Of a DNA stretch of 64,000 nucleotides, positions 37,520 through 46,345 are shown piece after piece. Both the position numbers and the translations under genes were made by a program. The stretch's first letter is position 1; every line of letters starts with the position of its first letter. The notes beneath the pieces were generated by a model that worked only from the letters and a program-made list of their open reading frames with translations, was not told the origin of the DNA and did not search any database. The stretch covers positions 2,316 to 66,315 of the forward strand of contig JAEWRW010000010.1 in the NCBI GenBank assembly GCA_023398815.1, written 5' to 3'. The stretch comes from Bacillota bacterium. GTDB taxonomy: Bacteria > Bacillota > Clostridia > Christensenellales > UMGS416.

Positions 37520-38193
37520 CTATATGCCGAACAATGGACGGATGATGGGGCATACCGCCCAAATGTCCTGCACGAGAATGCTGCGGGGCCCGCCACAGGC
37601 CCGTTTGAGGGGCCCGCAAAGCCCCGTTTCTGCCGCCTTCCCTGTGCGGCGAACGGCTCTGCCAGAGCAGGGGGGACGTCGCCGCGGAGGCCATGGAACA
37701 AATGAATTAGCAAGGGGACTTTGCCCCTGTGAACCCACGATGGCTTTCGTTGGACGTGCGCTATCCTCATGCAGCCGCCGGGCGGTTTATTCGCCCATCG
37801 CAACGCTTCGCGCCTTCCCGTCACCTCGCCCCGCATCGTGCGGGTTGGGTGCACCCACGGTTGCACCCCGGTGCCGTCGGCCTTAGGCGCATCCTGCGCC
37901 TTGGGTTGCTCGCGCCGCTCTCAAGCGATTCTGCCGAATCGCTCTGCCGCGACGCGGGGCCAGTGGCCCAAGGCACACCGCATCATGTCCGTGGCACTCA
38001 ACCCTTCCGCGTGAGCGACGTTTCCCCCGGAAAACCCAGCACGACCTACGCAAACGAACGCCCCCTGACGACCTGTACGTCAGGGGGCGAGGCAGCACCT
38101 GTGACGAGCTCTCCTGGGTCACCTTTGACGCAAAGCGGCAAAGGTGACCCAACTCGCGGCGGTCGCGCCAGCGGCCGCCGCGAACGCGTAGCG
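37520..38193 (-). repeat. Mosaic repeat copy abutting the NIPSNAP stop codon (H1, diverged H2 38059-38089, M3, further hairpins)
   Basis: The minus strand reads CGCTACGCGTTCGCGGCGGCCGC.. directly after the TAA stop. The distal boundary is uncertain. Confidence 0.7.
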
Positions 38194-38529
38194 TTAGCGC
38201 AGCGCCCACTCCGGCTGCACATAGGGCACGCGGGTCATGAAGAAGTTCTCCACCTTTGCCACGATGGGTCCGCCGTCAGCGTGGGAAGCGTCGAATGCCG
38301 CCCGCCAGCGCGGGTCAGCCTCAAAGGACGCGAAGGCGGCGTCGCGGGCCGCGCGGTCGGGGAAGGAGCAGACGTAGTAGATCCTCTCCGCGCCGTCGGC
38401 ATCCTCGTAAAAGTCGCACACGTGGATGCCGTGCTCGGCAAAGAGGCCCAGCGTGACCTCGCGGAAGCGCTTGTGGATGGCGGGCAGCCGGCCGGGGTGC
38501 ATGTGGTAGACGCGCAGTTCGTAGAGCAT
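38194..38529 (-). CDS. NIPSNAP family protein
   Basis: 111 aa. MLYELRVYHMHPGRLPAIHKRFREVTLGLFAEHGI is typical NIPSNAP. RBS AAAGGAGGG. Confidence 0.8.
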   Translation of the reverse strand: MLYELRVYHMHPGRLPAIHKRFREVTLGLFAEHGIHVCDFYEDADGAERIYYVCSFPDRAARDAAFASFEADPRWRAAFDASHADGGPIVAKVENFFMTRVPYVQPEWALR

Positions 38530-38775
38530 GGGGAGCCCTCCTTTCTGGTATATAGTTAGTATATAGGAAGTTGGGATGGCCGTCATCGGCTGGGCCGGGG
38601 TGGCTATACACATGGCTGCTGGGGGGGCCGAGGTTGACTCGGGCGCGGGTGGGCTGCGGTATCCCGGGGAGGAAGCACCGGTGATTGCCGACCAAGCCTT
38701 TGGCGTTGTTCTGTTTCACACCGCCTCGAAAACTGGTATAATAGAACCAATCACACGAGCAAATGAGGAATGACC

Positions 38776-39876
38776 ATGAAAATCTCCTGCGAGTGCGCCC
38801 AACTGGCCGCCGCCGTCGGTACTGTCACCAAGGCCCTGCCGGGCCGCACCACCATGCCCGCGCTGGAGGGCGTGCACATCGCCGCCCACGGCAGCACCGT
38901 TACCCTCACCTGCACCGACCTGCGGCTGGGCATTGCCACCGTGCTGCCCGCCACCGTGGAGGAGGAGGGTGAGGCCGTTCTGCCCGGCAAGCTCTTCTCG
39001 GAGATGGCGCGCAAGCTGCCGGATGGCACCGTGCACATCGCCGTGGAGGGCACCACCGCCCAGATCAGCGGGCGGGGCACCCGCACCCGCCTGCAGGTGA
39101 TGGACAGCGCCGAGTTCCCGGCCCTGGCCCAGGTGGAGGACGCCACCGGCGTGCTGCTGCCTGCCGAGACCCTGCGCGGGCTCATTCACCGCACGGTGTT
39201 TGCCGCCGCCACCGATGAGAGCCGCCCCATCCTGACCGGCGTGCTGGTGGAGTTCCTGCCCGGTGTTTGCCGCTTTGTGGCGCTGGACGGGTTCCGCCTG
39301 GCCATCTGCAACGCGCCCTACAACGGCGAGGCCGGCGGCCTCAAGGCCGTGGTGCCCGCCACCGCTCTCACGCGCTTGGCAAGCCTGCTGGACGACGAGG
39401 AGCCCGTCGCGCTGGAGATTGGGCCCACCCACCTGGGCGCGACGCTGGGCGGCACCCGTGTCGTGACCCGCCTGCTGGAGGGTGAGTTCCTCCGCTACGA
39501 GCAAATTCTCCCCACCGAGTGGTTCACCCGCATCACCGTGGCCCGGGCGGGCCTGGCCACGGCGCTCGACCGTGCCTCCATGTTGGCGCGGGAGGGCCGC
39601 AGCAACCTGGTGCGCCTGAAGATTGCCGAGGATACGCTGGTGGTCACCTCCAACAGCGAAGCCGGCGACGTCTATGAGGAAGTGCCGGTGAGCCGCGAGG
39701 GCCGCGACCTCGAGATCGCGTTCAACTCCCGATTCCTCACCGATGTGCTGCGCAACCTGGAAAGCGAGGAGCTGACCATGCAGTTCACCACCTCGGTCAA
39801 CTCCGCCGTGCTGCACAGCGCCGAGGGCGACGACTTCACCTATCTGGTGCTGCCGGTAAGGGCATTCCCGCAGTGA
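38776..39876 (+). CDS. dnaN: DNA polymerase III beta sliding clamp
   Basis: 366 aa. MKISCECAQLAAAVGTVTKALPGRTTMPALEGVHIAA..LTCTDLRLGI shows the typical three-domain DnaN pattern. Extended -10 TGGTATAAT at about 38737-38745. No dnaA or recF is adjacent. Confidence 0.9.
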   Translation: MKISCECAQLAAAVGTVTKALPGRTTMPALEGVHIAAHGSTVTLTCTDLRLGIATVLPATVEEEGEAVLPGKLFSEMARKLPDGTVHIAVEGTTAQISGRGTRTRLQVMDSAEFPALAQVEDATGVLLPAETLRGLIHRTVFAAATDESRPILTGVLVEFLPGVCRFVALDGFRLAICNAPYNGEAGGLKAVVPATALTRLASLLDDEEPVALEIGPTHLGATLGGTRVVTRLLEGEFLRYEQILPTEWFTRITVARAGLATALDRASMLAREGRSNLVRLKIAEDTLVVTSNSEAGDVYEEVPVSREGRDLEIAFNSRFLTDVLRNLESEELTMQFTTSVNSAVLHSAEGDDFTYLVLPVRAFPQ

Positions 39877-40345
39877 TCGGTCACATCGGGCCCAGCCCGA
39901 TGTGACCAACCAATGGCGCTTACGAGTGCTTTGCCTTTGGCAAAGCACTCGTCGCGGAGCGACGCCAAGCGCCGTTGGAAGGGCAGTGGGACGACTGCCA
40001 CACCCGGTGCGAGCTCCCGGCGTCGCACTCGCTGCCGCAAGGCGGCGCTAAGCCGTGCGCGCCCCCAGGTGCGCACAACCGTACAAGCTTACAGTGCTTT
40101 GCTCCGCAAAGCACTCGCCACGCAGTGGCGCAAGCGCCGTACGGAGGGGCAGCTGGAACAACAAGCTTAGATCGGCGCGAGCACCGGCGTCTCACTCCGT
40201 GCGCGCCCCCAGGTGCGCACAACCGTACAAGCTTATAGTGATCGGGTGCGCCGGGCTGGTCATGTGCTATGCGCGCCTGGTCGTGCGCTGTGCGCACTGC
40301 TCGGCCCTGCATCCTGGCTGCTCGCCCATGCGGCCCGAATCCCCT
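39877..40345 (+). repeat. Hairpin, two tandem 145-170-nt repeat units (39921-40089, 40090-40233), then X arm (40234-40345)
   Basis: 12-bp hairpin GGTCACATCGGG-CCCAG-CCCGATGTGACC at 39880-39909. The units share AGTGCTTTGC..GCAAAGCACT and GTGCGCGCCCCCAGGTGCGCACAACCGTACAAGCT. Confidence 0.85.
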
Positions 40346-40557
40346 TCGTTGCGCCCGAGCCAGAACAATCCTGCAACAAAGCCTTCGCCCCTTGCCGCAT
40401 CCCGATCCTAGAACGCGGCGGACGCGGGGAACCATTCTCTCGTCAATCCGACAATTTTGCGACCGCGCGTGGTTGTCGGATGCTTGTATGACCGTGTCGC
40501 ATGGTGTACAATCTAGGCTTGTTGGTGTCGAAAGAATCGAAGGAGTTATTTCATTCT

Positions 40558-42237
40558 ATGAAACCGCTTTCTCTGTCGGTCATTGTGCCGATTTATAACG
40601 TAGAGCCTTACCTGCAAGAATGCCTTGACAGCTTGCTGGCCCAAACCGCTGAAGATGTGGAATATCTGCTCATCAACGACGGTTCCAGTGATGCCTCCGG
40701 CCCCATGGCCGAGGCCTTCGCCCAGGCGCATCCCGAGCAATTTCGGTATTTTGAGAAGGAAAACGGAGGCCTGAGCGATGCGCGCAACTTTGGGTTGGAG
40801 CGTGTCCGGGGCGAATACGTGGGCTTTGTGGACAGCGACGACTTCCTGCATCCCTCCATGTTTGAGCTGATGCTCAATAAGGGACGGGAGAACGACGCTG
40901 ACGTCGTGGTCTGCCGCATCAACATCGTGGCGGGTAAGAAGACGCGCCGCATGGTGTTCTCCCACCTGGGGTCCTTTGGCCACAGTGTGGCGGAGGATCC
41001 CCGCGTGCTGCTGGCCAGCCGCTCCTACGCCTGCAACAAGATCTTCCGCACGGCAATCTTCCGCGACAACGACATCCGTTTCCCGGTGGGCAAGGCCTAT
41101 GAGGATTCGGCGATCATCTACAACACGCTTTATTACGCCAACCGCATCGATTTTGTCAATAGCCCGCTCTACAACTACCGGTTCCTGAGGCAGGGGTCCA
41201 TCACTGCCGCGGTGGATGAGCGTATGTTTGACATCTTCCACTCCTGCGATTGCATCGTGGAGTTTTACCGCAGCAAGGATATTGAGTCCCCCCGTCTGCC
41301 ACAGGTCATCGAGACGCTGTGCCGCAACCACATCCTGTACCGCTTCAACACCATGCTGCAGGGGGAGTACAGCCTGGAGTACATGCGGTTTTTCATGCGG
41401 GCCCACCAGTACCTGGACACCAACTTTCCCGGCTGGCGCAGGCGTTACAAACCGAAGTTGAAGAGGAGCGTCATGAACTTCGTGCGCAAATGGCCCTGGG
41501 CATTGTGGCTGTACCTGCACATTCCGGCGGGGGTGCGCCACAGGTATCACCGGTACAAGACCCAACGCAAGAACCTGGCTAAAAAGAGGCAGAAGACCCG
41601 GCAGGCTGAGGCGGTCAAGCGGGCGAAGAGCCAAGCTCTGCGCCGGGTTGGGTATTCTCTCTTTGAGCGGGTAGGCCAGGCCTTTGGTCCCTTGGGGTTG
41701 ACATACTTCGCAGACTTCGGCACGTTGCTCGGCTTCATCCGCGAAGGTGGCTTTATGAGCCACGATCTCGACCTGGATATTGGCGTCATCGCCAACGACA
41801 CGCCCATTGAAACCATCCGCGAGGCGCTGGACCAGGCCGGGTTCCACCTGTGGCGCAGCTACCTCTACGACGGCATGCCGGTGGAGGATTCGTTCTACTT
41901 CGTCACCGACGACAACGTCCGGCTGAAGTTTGACGTCAACTATTACCAGGTGACGGAGGAGCATAGCAAGGTCTGGCTCTTTTACTGGGTGCGCGGCTAC
42001 CAGTACGCCACCAAGTACGAGCGGCACATCGTGGAGATGACCTACTCGCCCATTCAGGGCACCACCACCCTGCGCCTGAAGGGCCACGACATTCCCATCC
42101 CGGTAAACGCGCGCACGCTGCTGGAAGAGAAGTATGGCCCCGGCTGGCGCAAGAAGGACAAGAACTGGATTTACTGGGAGTCGCCGGCGGCCACCAAGCT
42201 CAATCGCATTGGCATCTTTGAGGAATACAAGGTGTAA
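40558..42237 (+). CDS. Bifunctional GT2 glycosyltransferase + LicD-family phosphotransferase
   Basis: N-terminus LSVIVPIYNVEPYLQECLDSLLAQT..LLINDGSSD is GT2. C-terminus LTYFADFGTLLGFIREGGFMSHDLDLDIGV is LicD-like. Confidence 0.8.
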   Translation: MKPLSLSVIVPIYNVEPYLQECLDSLLAQTAEDVEYLLINDGSSDASGPMAEAFAQAHPEQFRYFEKENGGLSDARNFGLERVRGEYVGFVDSDDFLHPSMFELMLNKGRENDADVVVCRINIVAGKKTRRMVFSHLGSFGHSVAEDPRVLLASRSYACNKIFRTAIFRDNDIRFPVGKAYEDSAIIYNTLYYANRIDFVNSPLYNYRFLRQGSITAAVDERMFDIFHSCDCIVEFYRSKDIESPRLPQVIETLCRNHILYRFNTMLQGEYSLEYMRFFMRAHQYLDTNFPGWRRRYKPKLKRSVMNFVRKWPWALWLYLHIPAGVRHRYHRYKTQRKNLAKKRQKTRQAEAVKRAKSQALRRVGYSLFERVGQAFGPLGLTYFADFGTLLGFIREGGFMSHDLDLDIGVIANDTPIETIREALDQAGFHLWRSYLYDGMPVEDSFYFVTDDNVRLKFDVNYYQVTEEHSKVWLFYWVRGYQYATKYERHIVEMTYSPIQGTTTLRLKGHDIPIPVNARTLLEEKYGPGWRKKDKNWIYWESPAATKLNRIGIFEEYKV

Positions 42238-42560
42238 CGATCCGCTTCGCTTTCGCGTCCGCCGCTGATGCGGCGGACGCGAGGGAGATGAACTCGTCAA
42301 AACGATACCAAGGCCCGCCACCGCGCATGTCGCTGGCCGCTGGCCTCACCCTGCGGCAGACGATTCGTCAGAATCGTTGGGAGCAGGGTGAGCATTGCGG
42401 AGCAATGCGGTAGGCGGGTTTTCGTCTGTCCGGGTCGTGCTAGGCTCTGTCGGGGACGCCACTGCGGTGGGCAGGGGACGAGTGCCACGGACGTGCCAAG
42501 TGCTGCCGCTGCCGGATGAACCGGCTGGCGGCGGCCGTGGCGTAACGCTCGCCCCCTGTG
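42238..42560 (+). repeat. Mosaic repeat copy after GT2-LicD (H1, H2 42312-42345, M3)
   Basis: CCGCTTCGCTTTCGCGTCCGCCGC-TGAT-GCGGCGGACGCGAG begins 4 nt after the TAA stop. Confidence 0.8.
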
Positions 42561-42722
42561 TGCCAGGGCAGGGGGGCAAAAGGGGCGATGTTTCTCAGGT
42601 TGTCTGCTTCTGCTGCACCTTTGCGCCGTCGCTTCGGCGTTTATGCCCCTGTAAAACAGCCGAACGGCGGAGGTCTGTACCTCCGCCGCGGCAAAGAAGG
42701 AAGGGGACTAGTGTATCAGATG

Positions 42723-43061
42723 TTACAGGGCGCCCGGGCCGCGCTCACCGGTGCGGATGCGGATGGCGTCCTCGACGGTGTAGACGAAAATCTTACCGTC
42801 GCCAATCTCGCCCAGGCGGGCGGCTTCCACAATGGCGGTAATGACCTTCTCCGCCACCTCGTCGTCCACGACGATCTCGAACTTGACCTTGGGCAGGACG
42901 TTGATGTCAATCTGCGAGCCGCGGTAGACCTCGGTCAGGCCCTTCTGGCGGCCGCAGCCCATCACTTGGCTGATGGTGATGCCGTTGATTTCGATTGTAT
43001 TGAGCGCGTCCTTGACCTCCTCCATGCGGGAGGGACGGATGATTGCTTCGATCTTTTTCAT
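42723..43061 (-). CDS. glnK: Nitrogen regulatory protein P-II
   Basis: 112 aa. MKKIEAIIRPSRMEEVKDALNTIEINGITISQVMGCGRQKG..YRG is canonical P-II with a T-loop. It lies downstream of amt. Confidence 0.95.
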   Translation of the reverse strand: MKKIEAIIRPSRMEEVKDALNTIEINGITISQVMGCGRQKGLTEVYRGSQIDINVLPKVKFEIVVDDEVAEKVITAIVEAARLGEIGDGKIFVYTVEDAIRIRTGERGPGAL

Positions 43062-43079
43062 TGCGCAGTCGCTCCTCTC

Positions 43080-44321
43080 TTAATCCATGCCCTGGAAGGA
43101 CGGATAGGCCGATTCGCCGTGCTGCGAGCCGTCCAGGCCGTCGGCTTCCTCCCGCGGGGTGACACGCAGCGTGGTGACGAGGCCAATGACCTTGGTGATG
43201 ACGAAGGTAGCCACGACAGCCAGCAGGATTGTCAGGCCGATGCCTTCCAGCTGAACAAGGAGCTGATGGGCATTGCCGAAGAACAGACCGTCGTTGCCGG
43301 CAGCGTTGACCGCCTTGGAGGCAAAGAGGCCGGTGGCGATGCCGCCCCAGATGCCGCCAATGCCGTGGCACCCGAAGACGTCCAGCGCGTCGTCATAACC
43401 GAACTTCCCTTTCACCTTGCTGATGAAGAACCAGCAGATGGGGCTGACCAGCAGGCCAATGACGATGGAGGCCCACACCGGCACGAAACCGGCGCCGGGG
43501 GTAATGGCCACCAGACCGATGACCAGGCCGGTGGCAGCGCCCACGGCGGTGGGCTTGCCCACGGTGATGATGTCAATGAGCATCCAAGAGACCAGGGCCG
43601 CGGCGGCGGCGGTGTTGGTGGTGATGAAGGCGTGGACGGCTAGGCCATTGGCCGCCAGGGCCGAGCCGGAGTTGAACCCGAACCAGCCGAACCACAAAAG
43701 AGCCGCGCCTAAGAGAACGAACGGAACGTTGTGGGGCGTGGTCTTCACCACACCGTGGCCGCGGCGCTTGCCAAGCATGATGGCCAGCACCAGGGCCGAC
43801 ACGCCCGAGGAGATGTGAACGACGTTGCCGCCCGCGAAGTCGAGGTCGCCGGCCTTAAAGAGGATACCGTCGGCACTCCACACCATGTGGGCCAGCGGGT
43901 AGTACACGATGAGGGACCACAGGACGACAAACGCCATCAGGGCGGGGAAACGCATACGTTCGGCGATGGAGCCGGTGATGAGTGCGGGGGTAATGACGGC
44001 AAACATCATCTGGAAGATGGCAAAGGTCATCGGGGCGATGCCGCCGCCCTCAGGGGCTTCGACGGACACGCCGTTCATGCCGAAGAAGTTTAAGCCCCCG
44101 AAGAGGCCGGCGATGTCGTTGCCGAAGCTGATGCTGTACCCGATGAGCACCCACAGAACCGACGCCACTCCAATCGTCGCGTAGGAGGCCATCATCATGT
44201 TGAGCACGTTCTTTCTACGAACGAGACCGCCGTAGAAGAAGGCCAAAGCAGGGGTCATAAGCAATACCAGTGCGCTGCAGACCAGCACATATGCGGTATC
44301 GCCGGTGTTGATGGTGGACAT
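43080..44321 (-). CDS. amtB: Ammonium transporter
   Basis: MSTINTGDTAYVLVCSALVLLMTPALAFFYGGLVRRKN, DFAGGNVVHISSG and FGCHGIGGIWG are Amt signatures. RBS AAAGGAGAA. Confidence 0.95.
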   Translation of the reverse strand: MSTINTGDTAYVLVCSALVLLMTPALAFFYGGLVRRKNVLNMMMASYATIGVASVLWVLIGYSISFGNDIAGLFGGLNFFGMNGVSVEAPEGGGIAPMTFAIFQMMFAVITPALITGSIAERMRFPALMAFVVLWSLIVYYPLAHMVWSADGILFKAGDLDFAGGNVVHISSGVSALVLAIMLGKRRGHGVVKTTPHNVPFVLLGAALLWFGWFGFNSGSALAANGLAVHAFITTNTAAAAALVSWMLIDIITVGKPTAVGAATGLVIGLVAITPGAGFVPVWASIVIGLLVSPICWFFISKVKGKFGYDDALDVFGCHGIGGIWGGIATGLFASKAVNAAGNDGLFFGNAHQLLVQLEGIGLTILLAVVATFVITKVIGLVTTLRVTPREEADGLDGSQHGESAYPSFQGMD

Positions 44322-44382
44322 GGCAATTCTCCTTTTCTCCGTATTCTCCTTTTTATACCAACCGCCCGCGGTCGATACCGGG

Positions 44383-44421
44383 AAAATAAAAAATGGCACT
44401 CCACCAAAACGGTGGAGCGCC
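44383..44421 (-). terminator. Intrinsic terminator inside the amtB-glnK 5' leader (possible attenuator)
   Basis: The minus strand reads GGCGCTCCACC-GTTTT-GGTGGAGTGCC followed by ATTTTTTATTTT. It sits about 60 nt upstream of the amtB start and downstream of the promoter at 44486-44514. Confidence 0.6.
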
Positions 44422-44485
44422 ATTGCTCACAAACCTGAATGCCGACAACTCATCGTATGAGTTCATCGCGTTATTTATGTGGTTT

Positions 44486-44514
44486 AGTATATGACGGGTT
44501 GGCACGACTGTCAA
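44486..44514 (-). promoter_or_regulatory. Promoter of amtB-glnK
   Basis: The minus strand reads TTGACA-17 nt-TATACT. Confidence 0.6.
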
Positions 44515-44663
44515 CAGGTTTTTTGCATTTTTCGCGCCTCAATCCTGCAAGAGTGACGCGGGCCCGGGCGGCGCATGCTAACGGCAGGCACGTGGGCGCG
44601 GCAGGGCCATGGGTGTGCTCGGTGTCAACCTGTGTTGGCGTGTTCGCGCACAAAGGAGGAACC

Positions 44664-45728
44664 ATGTTTGATCCATTTCATCCGGAGCGCTTCCAGGGCA
44701 GCCTGGGGCGGCCGGGGTTGTTTGAGGGCTGGTACTTCCGCCTGGCCGACCGCGACGGGCAGGGGCAGTGGGCCGTCATTGTGGGGGTAGCTACGGGAGC
44801 GGGGGAGGAGGTGCCGCGGGGGGCCGCTCCATCACACTGTGAGGAGGGGCCGCCCTATGGTTGGCTCCCCCCAGGACCACAAAGTGCCCACTGCTTTGTG
44901 CAGGTGTTGCCGGGCGATGGCGGCCCAGTGCTGCAGGCGCGCTATCCATTGGGGTGGTTTCAATGGGGCAAGCGGGAGTTTTCGGTCTCCATCGGCGACC
45001 CGGCAGGCGGCAAACCGGTGTTTTCTGGCTCCCGGGGGGGCCTGTGGCTGGATGTGACCCAAGGCGGGCGGTCACTTCGGGCCGAGGTACGGTTTGTGGA
45101 CGCGGTGCCCTTCCCGGGCACGCCCCGCTGGCCGGGCATCATGGGCCCTTTCGGCTTTCTGCCGGGGATGGAGTGTTACCACGCCATTGTCAGCATTCGG
45201 CACGGCCTGGTGGGCACGCTGCGCATGGCCGACGGGTCGGGCAGTGTGACCCACGACCTGACCGGCGGCCTGGGGTACACCGAGAAGGACTGGGGGCGGT
45301 CGTTCCCGCGGGCGTGGGTGTGGCTGCACGCCAACCGCTTTGTCGATGGGGCGACGTTTTTTCTCTCCGCCGCCGATATCCCCTGGCACGGTCGCACGTT
45401 CCCGGGGTTCTTCGCCTTCCTGCACCGGCCCGGCCAGGGGATGACGCTGTTTGCCACCTACGCGCGGGGCAGGCTGGGGGAGCTTGCCGTGCAGGGCCAC
45501 AATCTGCAGGGTACGGTCTCCGGCCCTGCAGGAATCCTTTGCTTCCACGCCACTGCCGGCCGTGTGGGCACGCTGGCCGCGCCCCTGCTGGGCCGCATGG
45601 AGCGCACCGTGGAGGAAAGCCCCGACGCACGGGTGTGGGTGCGTCTCACCGCCCCCGATGGTGCGATTGTATACGAGGGCGAGAGCGACGGCGGGGGCAT
45701 GGAGGTGAGCGGACGACTTGCGCGCTGA
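44664..45728 (+). CDS. Tocopherol cyclase-like family protein
   Basis: 354 aa. RBS AAGGAGGA precedes MFDPFHPERFQGSLGRPGLFEGWYFRL, which resembles the N-terminal signature of the tocopherol-cyclase family. Function in bacteria is unknown. Confidence 0.5.
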   Translation: MFDPFHPERFQGSLGRPGLFEGWYFRLADRDGQGQWAVIVGVATGAGEEVPRGAAPSHCEEGPPYGWLPPGPQSAHCFVQVLPGDGGPVLQARYPLGWFQWGKREFSVSIGDPAGGKPVFSGSRGGLWLDVTQGGRSLRAEVRFVDAVPFPGTPRWPGIMGPFGFLPGMECYHAIVSIRHGLVGTLRMADGSGSVTHDLTGGLGYTEKDWGRSFPRAWVWLHANRFVDGATFFLSAADIPWHGRTFPGFFAFLHRPGQGMTLFATYARGRLGELAVQGHNLQGTVSGPAGILCFHATAGRVGTLAAPLLGRMERTVEESPDARVWVRLTAPDGAIVYEGESDGGGMEVSGRLAR

Positions 45729-46019
45729 CGCTGCGCCTGCGCTTCGCGTGTCGCGGCGACCGCTTTGCGATCGCCGCGAGTGGGAGGGGCTCGTTACGAG
45801 TGACTTTTTGCCGCGCGCCGCGCATGTCGCCGCGCGGCATCTGGCGTTGTTGGTCGTGCTGGGTTTCACGCAGGAAACGCCACTCACGTGGAAGGGGTGC
45901 GTGCTCCGTTCAGAGTGTTTCGTGCCGCCCGCGGATGAACCGCTTGGGCGGCTGCGGGGGACTGGGCACGCAGCAGAAGCTGGACACGCTGTCCATCGGG
46001 GCGCGGTCGAGGTTCCCCC
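45729..46019 (+). repeat. Mosaic repeat copy after the tocopherol-cyclase-like gene (H1, H2 45810-45838, M3)
   Basis: GCGCTTCGCGTGTCGCGGCGACCGCTTTGCGATCGCCGCGAG begins about 10 nt after the TGA stop. Confidence 0.8.
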
Positions 46020-46278
46020 GGGTTGCATGGGCGAGCAATCAGGTGGCTTGGCCGAGCAGTGCGCACAGCGCACGATCAGCCCGGCGCACCCGGTCACTGT
46101 AAGCTTGTACGGTTGTGCGCGCCGGGGGGCGCGCACGGAGTGCGACGCTGGTACTCGCGCCGGGGTCAGTGGGTACTCCAGCTGACCTTCCGTACGGCGC
46201 TTGCGCCACTACGTGGCGAGTGCTTTTTTGCGAAAAGCACTGTAAGCTTGTACGGTTGGGCGCATCGAAGATGCGCCC
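46020..46278 (-). repeat. Inverted copy of the 40090-40345 unit (right arm of an inverted-repeat pair)
   Basis: The reverse complement of 46020-46243 aligns with 40090-40345 (AAGCTTGTACGGTTGTGCGC.., GCGAGTGCTTT..AAAGCACTGT, X arm). A partial extra unit lies at 46244-46278. Confidence 0.85.
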
Positions 46279-46345
46279 GATTCCTTGTCAAACACCGCAA
46301 AACGCACTACAATAAATTGTTGCGACAAAGGGCGGAGGGCCAAAG

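Noticed and set aside
39921-40233. Tandem repeats considered as a possible CRISPR array.
   Set aside because: There are only two units of 145-170 nt with no short direct repeats, no spacer periodicity and no cas genes. The units are also found inverted at 46020-46243.
44439-44663. 75-codon extension upstream of the tocopherol-cyclase-like gene.
   Set aside because: It overlaps the divergent amtB promoter and leader and has no RBS. ATG 44664 is preceded by a perfect AAGGAGGA.
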